From an uncultured Azospirillaceae bacterium (lineage in GTDB: Bacteria > Pseudomonadota > Alphaproteobacteria > RF32 > CAG-239): DNA of 64,000 nucleotides. Under the pieces are notes generated by a model. That model was not told the DNA's origin, searched no databases, and saw nothing but the letters and a program-made list of their open reading frames with translations. Position 1 is the stretch's first letter. Each line of letters begins with the position of its first letter. The translations under genes were made by a program, and so were the position numbers. Below are positions 10,167 to 19,370 of this stretch, in pieces. The DNA lies in NCBI GenBank assembly GCA_964395655.1, contig CAYNBB010000004.1, positions 2,392-66,391 on the forward strand. Direction: 5' to 3'.

Positions 10167-10169
10167 TAC
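10141..10169 (+). promoter_or_regulatory. Candidate sigma-70 promoter (TTGCAA-17-TAATAC) inside the 3' end of the methyltransferase gene
   Basis: A consensus-like -35 box at canonical spacing. It would give a ~140-nt leader before tRNA-Ser. Confidence 0.3.
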
Positions 10170-10314
10170 TATGCAAGTGAAATGAAAAATGAGCAACCGG
10201 AAAATCGGAAACGAAGCAAATGCGGCGTTTTGGTTAAGCTTGGGAGGACAGCCGTCCGAATGAGCGCGCCGGAGTCGATTTTTGAGACGCTGATTTTTTT
10301 TGAAAAACATATAT

Positions 10315-10406
10315 GGATGAGTGGCAGAGAGGCTGAATGCGCGCGACTCGAAATCGTGTATACGGGGTGACTCGTATCGGGGGTTCAAATCCCTCCTCAT
10401 CCGCCA
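10315..10406 (+). tRNA. tRNA-Ser (anticodon CGA), long variable arm, CCA encoded
   Basis: The sequence is GGATGAGTGGCAGAGAGGCTGAATGCGCGCGACTCGAAATCGTGTATACGGGGTGACTCGTATCGGGGGTTCAAATCCCTCCTCATCCGCCA. The acceptor stem is GGATGAG/CTCATCC, the anticodon loop is CTCGAAA, and the variable stem is ATACG/CGTAT. Confidence 0.93.
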
Positions 10407-10440
10407 TTTTGATTAAAAACGCCGGTTTATAAACTGTTCT

Positions 10441-10521
10441 CCGGAAATCGGATAATAAAAATTCCCAGGTGGTAAGCGGAGCTTAAAAAAAATGACATCG
10501 GTTTAATACCGATGTCATTTT
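10441..10521. repeat. Copy 1 of an ~81-nt dispersed intergenic element ending in a bidirectional terminator hairpin
   Basis: Compared by eye with 53469..53549, it differs by 4 substitutions and 1 single-base indel. The embedded hairpin is atgacatcggt-ttaat-accgatgtcat, flanked by A8 and T4. Confidence 0.85.
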
Positions 10522-10621
10522 GTTTAACCGTTTTGTCTGTTTCTGCTCAGGATTTTTCAGTTATCCAAATTTCTGAAAACAGTTCAAAGATCGGTATAAC
10601 TTTTGGTTTACAACTTAATAA

Positions 10622-12319
10622 TTATTTTCTGCGCAGGAACGACGGGATTTCCAAATTTAACCTGTCTTCCTGGCCGAATTCACCTGCGGAAAAACTTGGG
10701 CTGACAGGCTCCTGCTTGCGCTCGGCCTCTTTCTGCTTTTTCAGATTCCGTTTGGCGATTGAGAATCCGGTTACTCTTTCGATAAAAGTCGGCGTTCTCG
10801 TGTATTTTTCTTCTTCGCTGACAATCAGTTCTTCGACATCTTCCGGCTTGCGGACAGCTGTTTTCAAAGGATTGTGCTCAGGAAATAATTCCGGCTCTTC
10901 TTCAACCGCACGTACGGCTGTTTTGGCCTTAAAGGTATTTTCAGTCGAGGATATGGCGTTTTCGAGCATTTCTTCTTCGCTCATATCGTCAGACTTGTTA
11001 ATAATAGCTTTAAATAAAGAAGAGGCATTCGGCAGCTCTTCCATTACGCTGGATTTCTCAAGAGAATCAAAATCATCGAATTTGACCTCGGGCTGAGTCT
11101 CCGGCGTTACGGCAACGCTGACGACCTCTTCTTCCTCGGCATCGTCCTGAAAGGAGGAGGCCGTTGCTTTATCTATGACTTCATCAAGCTGTGCGGGTTC
11201 AAACTCGCTCTTAACAGCCGAGAAGGCCTCCAAATTGTCTTGCAGATTGACATTCGGAGCGGAAGGTTCAGCATCAACCTTCACAAAACTTTCTTCAACA
11301 TAGCTCGGAGCTATCGCCGGTTTAACCGCCGGCGTTTTTCCGGCTTTACCGTCTTCAATTCCGGTGGCGACAATAGAAACGCGGATTTTCTCGCCCAGCG
11401 TCTCGTCAAAGCTGGAACCGAAAATGATGTTGGCTTCTTCGTCAACTTCTTCCTTGATACGGTTGGCCGCATCGTCAATTTCAAACAGTTTGACGTCGCT
11501 GCCTCCCGTGATGTTAATCAAAACGCCTTTGGCTCCGCGCATTGAACAATCGTCGAGCAACGGATTGGCAAGAGCCTGTTCGGCAGCTCTGATCGCACGG
11601 TCTTCACCCTCGGCTTCGCCGGTGCCCATAATCGCCTTGCCTTTGTCTTCCATAATTGCTTTGATGTCCGCGAAATCAAGGTTAATCAGCCCCGGCATCA
11701 TCATCAGATCGGTAATGGAACGCACGCCGGCATACAAAACATTGTCCGCCATCACGAAAGCATCGACCAAAGTCGTGTTCTTGTCGGCAATTCGAAACAA
11801 ATTCTGGTTCGGAATAACAATAATGCTGTCAACTTCTCTGGTAAAGGTTTCCAGAGCGGTTTCGGCGGTCTGATAACGCTTTTTGCCTTCAAATTGGAAC
11901 GGTTTGGTTACAACGCCGACAGTCAGAATCCCTTTTTCTTTGGCAATTTTCGCCACAACCGGAGCCGCGCCGGAACCGGTGCCGCCGCCCATGCCTGCGG
12001 TAATAAATACCATATTGGCGCCTTCCAGTTCTCGCTCGATTTCCTCACGGGCTTCCTCTGCCGCCATTTTGCCGACTTCCGGACGCGCGCCGGCGCCGAG
12101 CCCCTTGGTTGTTTGCAAACCGAGCTGTATCTTACGGCTGGATTTGGAATTTTCCAACGCCTGTGCATCGGTATTGGCCACGATAAAATCAACGCCTTCC
12201 AGATTTTGGGAAATCATGTTGTTAACGGCGTTGCCGCCGCCGCCGCCGACACCAATAACCGAAATTCTCGGTTTAAGTTGCATCATGTTTTTGTCCGGTA
12301 CAGCTAACTTGATTGACAT
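10622..12319 (-). CDS. ftsZ: Cell-division GTPase FtsZ (long-linker form)
   Basis: Contains [13 protein letters not shown] and NTDAQAL. A long acidic, probably disordered linker precedes the C-terminal peptide [11 protein letters not shown] prefer the ATG at 12319 (MSIKLAV..) to the TTG at 12337 in the ORF track. Confidence 0.96.
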   Translation of the reverse strand: MSIKLAVPDKNMMQLKPRISVIGVGGGGGNAVNNMISQNLEGVDFIVANTDAQALENSKSSRKIQLGLQTTKGLGAGARPEVGKMAAEEAREEIERELEGANMVFITAGMGGGTGSGAAPVVAKIAKEKGILTVGVVTKPFQFEGKKRYQTAETALETFTREVDSIIVIPNQNLFRIADKNTTLVDAFVMADNVLYAGVRSITDLMMMPGLINLDFADIKAIMEDKGKAIMGTGEAEGEDRAIRAAEQALANPLLDDCSMRGAKGVLINITGGSDVKLFEIDDAANRIKEEVDEEANIIFGSSFDETLGEKIRVSIVATGIEDGKAGKTPAVKPAIAPSYVEESFVKVDAEPSAPNVNLQDNLEAFSAVKSEFEPAQLDEVIDKATASSFQDDAEEEEVVSVAVTPETQPEVKFDDFDSLEKSSVMEELPNASSLFKAIINKSDDMSEEEMLENAISSTENTFKAKTAVRAVEEEPELFPEHNPLKTAVRKPEDVEELIVSEEEKYTRTPTFIERVTGFSIAKRNLKKQKEAERKQEPVSPSFSAGEFGQEDRLNLEIPSFLRRK

Positions 12320-12417
12320 GGTATTTCTTACTCCCAAATCCGATTTTTACTTGAAGACAGAATAAAGCAAAATACCTTAAGGTTTCGTTACCAAGAAAAC
12401 ATTTTTGATTTTTATTT

Positions 12418-12446
12418 GCAAAAAATTTCCGCCGGACAGGAAATCC
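12418..12446 (-). terminator. Stem-loop with T-run between ftsA and ftsZ
   Basis: On the minus strand, atttcc-tgtccggc-ggaaat is followed by TTTTT. It lies immediately after the ftsA stop. Confidence 0.55.
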
Positions 12447-12450
12447 GAAT

Positions 12451-13710
12451 TCAGGAGAACAAAATTCTCAGCCACGAGGCGATTTGCGCCCCGACGCCGC
12501 TACCGGTCGCCGTCGGTTTGTTGATAATCTTGCCCGGCTTGCGCTCCGGTGAGTTCAAGACGAACAAGAGCATGCCGATGCAGGTTGAAAAAGCCGGTCC
12601 GTACAGTTCGTCGGGCAAATTCAGAATGTTTTTCGGCCGACCGAGCCGCACTTGCTTATCAAGCACCATAGAGGCAATCTCGCGCACTCCCGGAAGCTGC
12701 GAAGCGCCTCCGGTCAAAACCACACGATGAGACGAAACATTGTGCAAACCGACTTCTGCCAGCTTGCGGTTGACCATTTCAAAAGTCTCTTCGATTCGCG
12801 GCGTAATAATGCTGATTAAATCAGCCCGCGGAATTTGTTTTATGGAACTGTCGTCTTCTTCGCCCACCGGATAAACATTGATGGTTTCAAGATTGTCCTG
12901 GCTGGTCAGAAAAGCGCAACCGTGCAGCGTCTTCAGCCGTTCCGCATGCGAAAAAGAAGTTGTCAGGCCATAGGCAATATCATTGGTTACATTGTTGCCG
13001 CCGACCGGTATCGCTCCGAAATAAACCGGGTACCCGTGCTTAAAGCTGGCAATCGATGTTGTACCGCCGCCCATGTCAATCACCGTCGCGCCGAGTTCGC
13101 GTTCGTCATCCACCAGACAGGAAAGTCCGGATGCATAAGAAGAAAACGTCTTGCCGGCAATCTCAAGATGTGCGTTCTCAATCACCGTCGCCACGTTTCG
13201 ATAGGTAATATCCGGCACCAGTCCGAGCAAAATATCAACAGCCAGCGTTTCGCCGAAAATATTGCGCGGATCTTTGATTTCTTCGCCGCCGTCAAGCCGG
13301 TAGTTGGTAGACAGACAATGAACCAGCTCACAGCCTTCGACGTTAATTTTATGAATCCCTTTTTCAACCACTTTCATGAGGTCGTTTTCATTAACAGGCC
13401 GGTTTTTGTTCAGCGCAATCGATGCTTCCTTAATCACGCTTTTTGTTTTCTCGCCCGAGATGTTGACAATCACGCGGTCAATCCGTTCGTTAGCCATTTG
13501 TTCGGCAGTTTCCACCGCATTGCAGACAGACAGCGTCGCCTGGTTAATGTCGGTGATAACGCCGTTTTTGATTCCCTTTGAAGCATTATATCCGTAACCC
13601 GCAATATTAATTTTGCGGTCGCGGCTCATTTTGGCGATAACACAACACACTTTGGAAGATCCGATATCCAGGGCGGCAATGGTTGTAGCTCTGTTAAACG
13701 AATGTGTCAC
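12451..13710 (-). CDS. ftsA: Cell-division protein FtsA
   Basis: 419 aa, actin-like. Contains ALDIGSSKVCCVIA and VIDMGGGTTSIA. GTG start with GAGGAAAAG RBS. Confidence 0.94.
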   Translation of the reverse strand: MTHSFNRATTIAALDIGSSKVCCVIAKMSRDRKINIAGYGYNASKGIKNGVITDINQATLSVCNAVETAEQMANERIDRVIVNISGEKTKSVIKEASIALNKNRPVNENDLMKVVEKGIHKINVEGCELVHCLSTNYRLDGGEEIKDPRNIFGETLAVDILLGLVPDITYRNVATVIENAHLEIAGKTFSSYASGLSCLVDDERELGATVIDMGGGTTSIASFKHGYPVYFGAIPVGGNNVTNDIAYGLTTSFSHAERLKTLHGCAFLTSQDNLETINVYPVGEEDDSSIKQIPRADLISIITPRIEETFEMVNRKLAEVGLHNVSSHRVVLTGGASQLPGVREIASMVLDKQVRLGRPKNILNLPDELYGPAFSTCIGMLLFVLNSPERKPGKIINKPTATGSGVGAQIASWLRILFS

Positions 13711-13728
13711 GATCTCTTTTCCTCATCC

Positions 13729-14613
13729 TCAAATTTTGTGCTCCGCCGCATTTTTATTAAGTTGCGGCTTCTCTTCACGACCGGTCTTGCGGATTTTCAC
13801 CACAATCTTATGAGGTAATCTTAAATCGATGATAGTTAATTTACGTTTAAAAATGCCTTTGGTTTCGTTTAGTTTTAATAATTTTTTCCACGCTTCGCCG
13901 ATATTTTCTTCCGGCAATTTGACGGTTATACCTTCGCGAATGTCGTTCAGAATCAAATTCCAGCGCCGCCCCGAAATAAAATTGGCCACTTTGACTTTTT
14001 CAAGATAATCATATTTTTCATTCTTAAGAACATCCATCAGATTTTTGAAGTTTTCGGGTGCACCGGCGCCGACAATCAGCAAAATCGGCTCGCTGATATG
14101 ATACTCGGCCTTAATAATCTTGCCGTCCGCGTCCAGCGGATAAAATTTCTCGTTAATCTGCCAGATTGCCCTGACTTCTTTCTCCCGCACCTCAATATGC
14201 AGGACATTGGGGAAAAATTTTTTGTGCACGATTGCTTCCCGCACCCACGGAAGCTGTTCGAGTTTTCGCTTAATGTCATAAACATCGATCTTAAGAATGT
14301 TGTCGCCGCGTTTAAGTTGTAAAAGTGCGTTAATTTCCTCTTTTGAGGTTTTGTCTCGTCCGGAAATGACTACATCGTTCAAAACGAAACCCTGCACAGC
14401 CGCCCAATCATAAAATTCGCTTTTCCAACCGTCAATTTTTTTATTTACCCAATCGTTCTTCAGCATAAGTGCCAGACCGGCCAAAAAAACGATAAGCAAC
14501 AACACGGCAAGGCTGCCGGCCAAGCGCCAAAGCCATTCTTTTTCCGGCCGCAGAACGTTTTCCGTCGTCGGTTTCCTGATCGTCTCCGTTTTGTTTTGAA
14601 CTTCTGTCGTCAT
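13729..14613 (-). CDS. ftsQ: Cell-division protein FtsQ
   Basis: 294 aa. A single N-terminal TM helix is followed by a POTRA-like region (VVISGRDKTSKEEINALLQLKRGDNILKID). It sits between murB and ftsA. Confidence 0.85.
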   Translation of the reverse strand: MTTEVQNKTETIRKPTTENVLRPEKEWLWRLAGSLAVLLLIVFLAGLALMLKNDWVNKKIDGWKSEFYDWAAVQGFVLNDVVISGRDKTSKEEINALLQLKRGDNILKIDVYDIKRKLEQLPWVREAIVHKKFFPNVLHIEVREKEVRAIWQINEKFYPLDADGKIIKAEYHISEPILLIVGAGAPENFKNLMDVLKNEKYDYLEKVKVANFISGRRWNLILNDIREGITVKLPEENIGEAWKKLLKLNETKGIFKRKLTIIDLRLPHKIVVKIRKTGREEKPQLNKNAAEHKI

Positions 14614-15537
14614 TTATTTGTGTATACCCAAACGTTTGACTTCCCACTCCAGAGTAATCGTCGTGTGCTCCCTGACCCTCTGCACAATCGTTTCTCCCAG
14701 CGTTTCCAAGTCATGTGCGGTTGCCTTGCCGGTATTGACCAAGAAATTGCAGTGCTTTTCCGAAACTTTGGCTCCGTTGACATGCAAATCGGCACAGCCT
14801 GATTTTTTAATCAGTTCCCAAGCGCGCAGTCCTTCGGGATTTTTGAAAGTTGAGCCTGCCGTACGCACGTTGTGCGGTTGTGATTTCTCGCGATACGCCT
14901 TTTGTTCGGCCATAATTTCTTTGGTCTTTTGGGGATCCTGCGGCTCGGTTTTGAGGGTCAGCGACGTTATAATCCAATCATCGGGGAAACAACTGCTACG
15001 ATAACCGAGCGTCAGTTCCTCGGCCGGCACTTCGCGCAGTTCCCCTTCGCCGTTAACAATCGTAACTTTGAGCAAAACGTCTTTTGTTTCTTTGCCAAAA
15101 CACCCTGCATTGGTTTTGATTGAACCGCCGAGATGTCCCGGTATCGAAACCAGAAATTCCAAACCTCCGAGACCGTTTTCGATCATGACTTTCTTGAGTT
15201 CGCCGTTGCGTACGCCCGCACCGCAGGTAATTACGCCGTCACCTATCTCAATGCGTCGATAATATTTGCTGTCCAGTTTGACCACCACGCCCGGTACGCC
15301 GCCGTCTCGCACCAACAGGTTGGAGCCGCCGCCGATAACGCAGATCGGCAGATTATACGGCTTGGTACACATAAACCATTCCAGATCTTTGTCATCCTCC
15401 GGATAAAACATCACTTCCGCCGGTCCGCCGACGCCGAACCATGTATGCCTGGCCAAAGGCTCGTCGCAGACATAGCGTCCCCGCACTTCGGGAAGCAGTT
15501 TTACCAGCTCGTTTTTCTTATGCCCCAAACCAAACAT
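14614..15537 (-). CDS. murB: UDP-N-acetylenolpyruvoylglucosamine reductase MurB
   Basis: Contains TWFGVGGPAEV and GGGSNLLVRDGG (FAD-binding), plus a SAGSTFKNP-like motif. Start set at the ATG at 15537 (GAGGAG RBS). The longer 364-aa ORF would run through the murG 3' end. Confidence 0.9.
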   Translation of the reverse strand: MFGLGHKKNELVKLLPEVRGRYVCDEPLARHTWFGVGGPAEVMFYPEDDKDLEWFMCTKPYNLPICVIGGGSNLLVRDGGVPGVVVKLDSKYYRRIEIGDGVITCGAGVRNGELKKVMIENGLGGLEFLVSIPGHLGGSIKTNAGCFGKETKDVLLKVTIVNGEGELREVPAEELTLGYRSSCFPDDWIITSLTLKTEPQDPQKTKEIMAEQKAYREKSQPHNVRTAGSTFKNPEGLRAWELIKKSGCADLHVNGAKVSEKHCNFLVNTGKATAHDLETLGETIVQRVREHTTITLEWEVKRLGIHK

Positions 15538-15550
15538 CTTCCAGTCTCCT

Positions 15551-16660
15551 CTATGCCTTGATAACTTCTTTTTCAATTGCATCGGCAAATCGTTTTGCCG
15601 CGTCTTTAATCCCGATCCTGTGCGCATTGGCCGACATTTTTTCCAGACAGCCGGCATTCTGCAAAAGATGCTCAAGCGTCTCCTTAACTTTTTCGGCCGT
15701 AAACTCATCCTGCCTCAAAACCAAGGCGCCGGAGGCTTCCGCCAGATCTTTGGTGTTGAAAGTCTGATGATCGTCGGCAGCCGTCGGCAGCGGTACCAAA
15801 ATCGAAGGCACGCCGGCAACCGCAATTTCCGACACAGACGAAGCGCCAGAACGCGAAATCACCAAATGCGTGGTTGCATATAAGCCGGCCATATCATCAA
15901 AGAAATGACTGACGACAACCTCGCATTCGGCATTCTGATAAGCCTTTTCAATCTGTTCTTCCTCACCCTTGCGACATTGTTGAAAGATTTTCAGACGTCG
16001 TTGCTGTTCCGGCGGCAGCATTTGCACCGCCTGCGGTATCACCCCGCCGAAAATCTTCGCGCCCTGACTGCCGCCCAGAATCAGAATTTGTATTTTGCCG
16101 TCGACAGCCGGTGCCGCAAAAGACTTTTCCGCCAGCGCCGCAATATTTGCGCGCACCGGCATTCCGCACAAAACGGTTTTTACGCCGGCCGGTACATATT
16201 TGACGTTGCGAAAACTCTGCGCCGTCAGCGCCGCATACTTGCACAAATAACGGTTTGTTCGGCTCATCACAGAATTTTGCTCATGCAAAATCAAATCCGT
16301 TCCCGACAACAGCGCCGCTACACAGGCCGGAAAAGAGGCATATCCTCCAAACCCGACCACACAAAGCGGCCGTTTGCGCAGCAGAATAAGCAGTGCCTGG
16401 CCGATGCCGATGCAGGTTTTCAACAGGCTTTTGATTTTAAACAGTTTGGATTTACCGACAATTCCGCCCGACAAAACCGCCGCGTTGGGCATTTGTCCGA
16501 GTTTGCCTTTATAGTTGTCTTTACCGCGGCAATCGGTAATCAGCATCAGATTATATCCGCGTTTTTCCAATTCTTCTGCCAGCGATTCCGCCGGATACAC
16601 GTGCCCGCCGGTGCCGCCGGCCGTCAAAATAATCAAAGGCTTTTTGTCAGTATTCTTCAT
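15551..16660 (-). CDS. murG: Lipid II glycosyltransferase MurG
   Basis: Starts LIILTAGGTGGHVYPAESLAEEL and has a C-terminal VISRSGASSVSEIAVAG..ILVP region. Start set at the ATG at 16660 (MKNTDKK), giving a 14-nt overlap with ftsW. Confidence 0.9.
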   Translation of the reverse strand: MKNTDKKPLIILTAGGTGGHVYPAESLAEELEKRGYNLMLITDCRGKDNYKGKLGQMPNAAVLSGGIVGKSKLFKIKSLLKTCIGIGQALLILLRKRPLCVVGFGGYASFPACVAALLSGTDLILHEQNSVMSRTNRYLCKYAALTAQSFRNVKYVPAGVKTVLCGMPVRANIAALAEKSFAAPAVDGKIQILILGGSQGAKIFGGVIPQAVQMLPPEQQRRLKIFQQCRKGEEEQIEKAYQNAECEVVVSHFFDDMAGLYATTHLVISRSGASSVSEIAVAGVPSILVPLPTAADDHQTFNTKDLAEASGALVLRQDEFTAEKVKETLEHLLQNAGCLEKMSANAHRIGIKDAAKRFADAIEKEVIKA

Positions 16661-17774
16661 CTTTGTCCTCCGCGTGAACGTTTTTGCGCGTAATTGCCAG
16701 CAGCATCCCCATTCCGAGTGCGGCGCCGAGCAACGCCGAGCCGCCGTAAGAAACAAACGGCAGCGCCATCCCTTTGGTCGGCGCGATGTGCAGAGTGGAA
16801 GCCATGTTGATAATCGCCTGCAAACCAAAACTCGCAGCCAGCCCCGAAGAGGCCAAAATGATAAACAAATTGTTTTCTTTGCATGAAAGCAGCATCGTTC
16901 GTATGACAACTGCCGCAAACAGCCCGACAATCACCAGACAGAAGACCATGCCGTATTCTTCCGCCGCCACCGCAAAAATAAAATCGGTATGCGCATCGGG
17001 AATATGCAGTTTGGCCACCCCTTCGCCCGGTCCGACACCGAACCATCCGCCGTTTTCAAACGCAGCCATCGCTTTTTTGACCTGATAGCTCAGCTCCGAC
17101 GAAAACAATTGCAGGATGCGCGCCTGCGCATGCGGAAAAAAGGCATAAATGCCAACTGCGCCGACAAGTCCCGCGGCAACGAGTCCCCATATAAAAATCA
17201 GCGGCACGCCCGACAAAAAAAGCTGAAAACACCAGATTGCGGCAACCACGATGCACATTCCGACATCAGGTTGTGCCAACAGCAAAACCGCCGTCAACCC
17301 GAACAAACCGACAGAAAGCGCGACTCCCGGAAAATCCTGATATTTTTTGCCGGCTTCAAACAACAACGCAGCTACCATCACAAACAGCGGTTTAACAAAC
17401 TCCGACGGCTGCAGCTGAAACCCCAGTATCGAAATCCAGCGCGTCGATCCTTTGTTTTCGACGCCAAAGAATAAAGTCAGCAGCATCAGCAGAATTGTCG
17501 CAGCATAGCCGACAACCGCAATCCGGCGGATGTTTTTGAGCGAGAGCATTGAAAGAAACAGCATTCCGGTTATCGCTACCGGCAAAAACAGCATTTGTTT
17601 TTTGACAAAATGAAAACTGCCGAAACCTATTCGGTTGGCAACCGAGGGGCTGGCCGAAAAAGTCAGAAACGCACCAAGAACAATAATCGCGGCAAACATC
17701 ACCAGCAGAACCTTGTCAATAGTCCACCACCAATTTGCAAAAACGCTGCGGCTGTTTCTCGAAAAACTGATCAT
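16647..17774 (-). CDS. ftsW: SEDS-family lipid II flippase/polymerase FtsW
   Basis: 375 aa and polytopic. Contains ...LQPSEFVKP..., DFIFAVAAEEYG and LPFVSYGGS. It sits between mraY and murG. Confidence 0.9.
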   Translation of the reverse strand: MISFSRNSRSVFANWWWTIDKVLLVMFAAIIVLGAFLTFSASPSVANRIGFGSFHFVKKQMLFLPVAITGMLFLSMLSLKNIRRIAVVGYAATILLMLLTLFFGVENKGSTRWISILGFQLQPSEFVKPLFVMVAALLFEAGKKYQDFPGVALSVGLFGLTAVLLLAQPDVGMCIVVAAIWCFQLFLSGVPLIFIWGLVAAGLVGAVGIYAFFPHAQARILQLFSSELSYQVKKAMAAFENGGWFGVGPGEGVAKLHIPDAHTDFIFAVAAEEYGMVFCLVIVGLFAAVVIRTMLLSCKENNLFIILASSGLAASFGLQAIINMASTLHIAPTKGMALPFVSYGGSALLGAALGMGMLLAITRKNVHAEDKDEEY

Positions 17775-17787
17775 CTCTTCCTTTCTG

Positions 17788-18864
17788 TTATCTCATCTGC
17801 AAAGCCGTCAGACCGATGACCGCCAAAACAATGCCGACAATCCAAAAACGCAGAACAACGCGGGTTTCAGGCCAGCCGCACTGCTCAAAATGATGATGTA
17901 TCGGCGCCATTTTGAAAAATCGCTTGCCGTCGGTGCGTTTAAACCAGAAAACCTGAATCATAACCGAAAGTGCCTCGGCCACAAAGACAAACCCGACGAT
18001 TGCAAGTAAGATTTCCTGTTTCAGAATAACGGCCGTCGTACCGAGCAGGCCGCCCAACGCCAGCGAGCCTGTATCACCCATAAAGATCTTGGCCGGTGCG
18101 GCGTTGAACCACAAAAAGCCCAGACATCCGCCGATAACCGCAGTGCAGACAACCGCCACCTCGGCTCCGTGCGGAACAGGCAAAAGGTAATAATCCTTCA
18201 CCAATTCCGAACCGGCGATATAGGCAAAAATCATAAATACCGTAAAGGCGATAATCAGCAATCCCGAAGCCAGGCCGTCCAGACCGTCGCTAAGATTGAC
18301 CGCGTTCGAACTGCCGACGATTACGACCATTGCAAACGGTACATAGAACCACCACAAATCAACGATCAGATTCATAAAGTACGGAAAATTCAGGACAAAG
18401 CGCTCATCCTCGGGCATCAGCCAGGAGATAACGCCGACTGCCGCCAAAGCTGTCGAGAATTGCAAAGCCAACTTCATTTTGGGCGTCATGGCATTGGCCG
18501 TTTGCTTGGTTACCTTGACATAGTCATCGACAAAACCGACAAATCCGAACACCAGTAAAACCAAAACGCAAACCCAGACCAGCGGATTGGAAAGCTCGCC
18601 GCAGATCAGTATGCTGACGATTGCCGAACCGAGGATCAGCAGACCGCCCATTGTCGGCGTACCTTTTTTTGTCAGCAAATGCGTTTTGGGTCCGTCTTTG
18701 CGGATCGGTTGTCCCTTGGCCTGATGCGCGTGCAAAATCTTAATCAATCTGTCGCCGAAAGAAAGCGCCAGAATCAGCGCGACAAAAAAAGCCATAAAAC
18801 AGCGGGCATAGACGGTGTTCAGATATTCCGGCGCCGACAGCAGATTAAACAGATGTTGCAGCAT
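17788..18864 (-). CDS. mraY: Phospho-N-acetylmuramoyl-pentapeptide transferase MraY
   Basis: Contains KKGTPTMGGLLIL, NAVNLSDGLDGLA and MGDTGSLALGG. I prefer the ATG at 18864 (GAGGA RBS) to the TTG at 18879. Confidence 0.95.
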   Translation of the reverse strand: MLQHLFNLLSAPEYLNTVYARCFMAFFVALILALSFGDRLIKILHAHQAKGQPIRKDGPKTHLLTKKGTPTMGGLLILGSAIVSILICGELSNPLVWVCVLVLLVFGFVGFVDDYVKVTKQTANAMTPKMKLALQFSTALAAVGVISWLMPEDERFVLNFPYFMNLIVDLWWFYVPFAMVVIVGSSNAVNLSDGLDGLASGLLIIAFTVFMIFAYIAGSELVKDYYLLPVPHGAEVAVVCTAVIGGCLGFLWFNAAPAKIFMGDTGSLALGGLLGTTAVILKQEILLAIVGFVFVAEALSVMIQVFWFKRTDGKRFFKMAPIHHHFEQCGWPETRVVLRFWIVGIVLAVIGLTALQMR

Positions 18865-18960
18865 TGCGATTGTCCTCAAAATTGAAACTTTGCCGAATTA
18901 TAACACCGCAAATCTAAATAAATGCTAAATGAATTGCATTTCGTAACAATGCTTCGTAAA

Positions 18961-19284
18961 TTACAAACTTTTTCCGTTTTGCCGATAAATGTAGGAGATA
19001 ATTTCGGCAACCGCGGCAAAAGCCTCAAGCGGAATCTCTTCGTTAATGTCTACCGCGCGCAAAACCTGAATCAAATCCGCGTCCTGACGGATTTCGATAC
19101 CGTTGTCCAGCGCCAGTTGAATAATCTTTTGGGCAATTTCGCCCTGTCCTTTGGCGGTGACAACCGGCGCGTTGTGTTTTTGCGCGTCATAGCCCAGAGC
19201 AACAGCATAATCGCTGTTATCTGTGGACAAATCATATGTCCGGTTGTTTTGAGAACCGTTTCTGCTATTATCAAGGTCAGACAT
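18961..19284 (-). CDS. Stand-alone FlhB C-terminal-domain-like protein (EscU/YscU family, YlqH-like)
   Basis: YAVALGYD....APVVTAKGQGEIAQKIIQLALDNGIEIRQDADLIQVL....EIPLEAFAAVAEIISYIY matches the FlhB-C fold pattern. No NPTH cleavage motif is present. ATG at 19284 with AAGGAG RBS. Confidence 0.75.
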   Translation of the reverse strand: MSDLDNSRNGSQNNRTYDLSTDNSDYAVALGYDAQKHNAPVVTAKGQGEIAQKIIQLALDNGIEIRQDADLIQVLRAVDINEEIPLEAFAAVAEIISYIYRQNGKSL

Positions 19285-19354
19285 GTTTGACTCCTTTAAG
19301 ATATTGTCTGCGGATATATTATCTTCGGGTGTTGAAATTGGCAAGCGCTTTGTT

Positions 19355-19370
19355 TGGCATATATTTTGCA
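19355..19370 (+). promoter_or_regulatory. Sigma-54 (-24/-12) promoter upstream of flgB: TGGCAT-ATATT-TTGCA
   Basis: The GG-N10-GC spacing is exact, and it lies about 50 nt before the flgB ATG. rpoN is encoded in this window. Confidence 0.6.

Noticed and set aside
10182-10370. 62-aa ORF (and the 103-aa minus-strand ORF 10089..10400) overlapping tRNA-Ser
   Set aside because: Both run through a clear tRNA gene and have no RBS or recognisable sequence.
15538-15708. N-terminal extensions of murB (to 15708), murG (to 16930), ybeY (to 28514), flgB (from 19236), rpsL (from 59752) and others in the ORF track
   Set aside because: The extensions overlap the upstream gene and have basic, non-homologous sequence. 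Internal ATGs with good Shine-Dalgarno sequences give proteins that start where the family normally starts.
19337-19352. Second TGGCA-like box (TTGGCAAGCGCTTTGT) just upstream of the flgB sigma-54 promoter
   Set aside because: GG-N10 lands on GT rather than GC. The adjacent site at 19355-19370 fits the consensus exactly.
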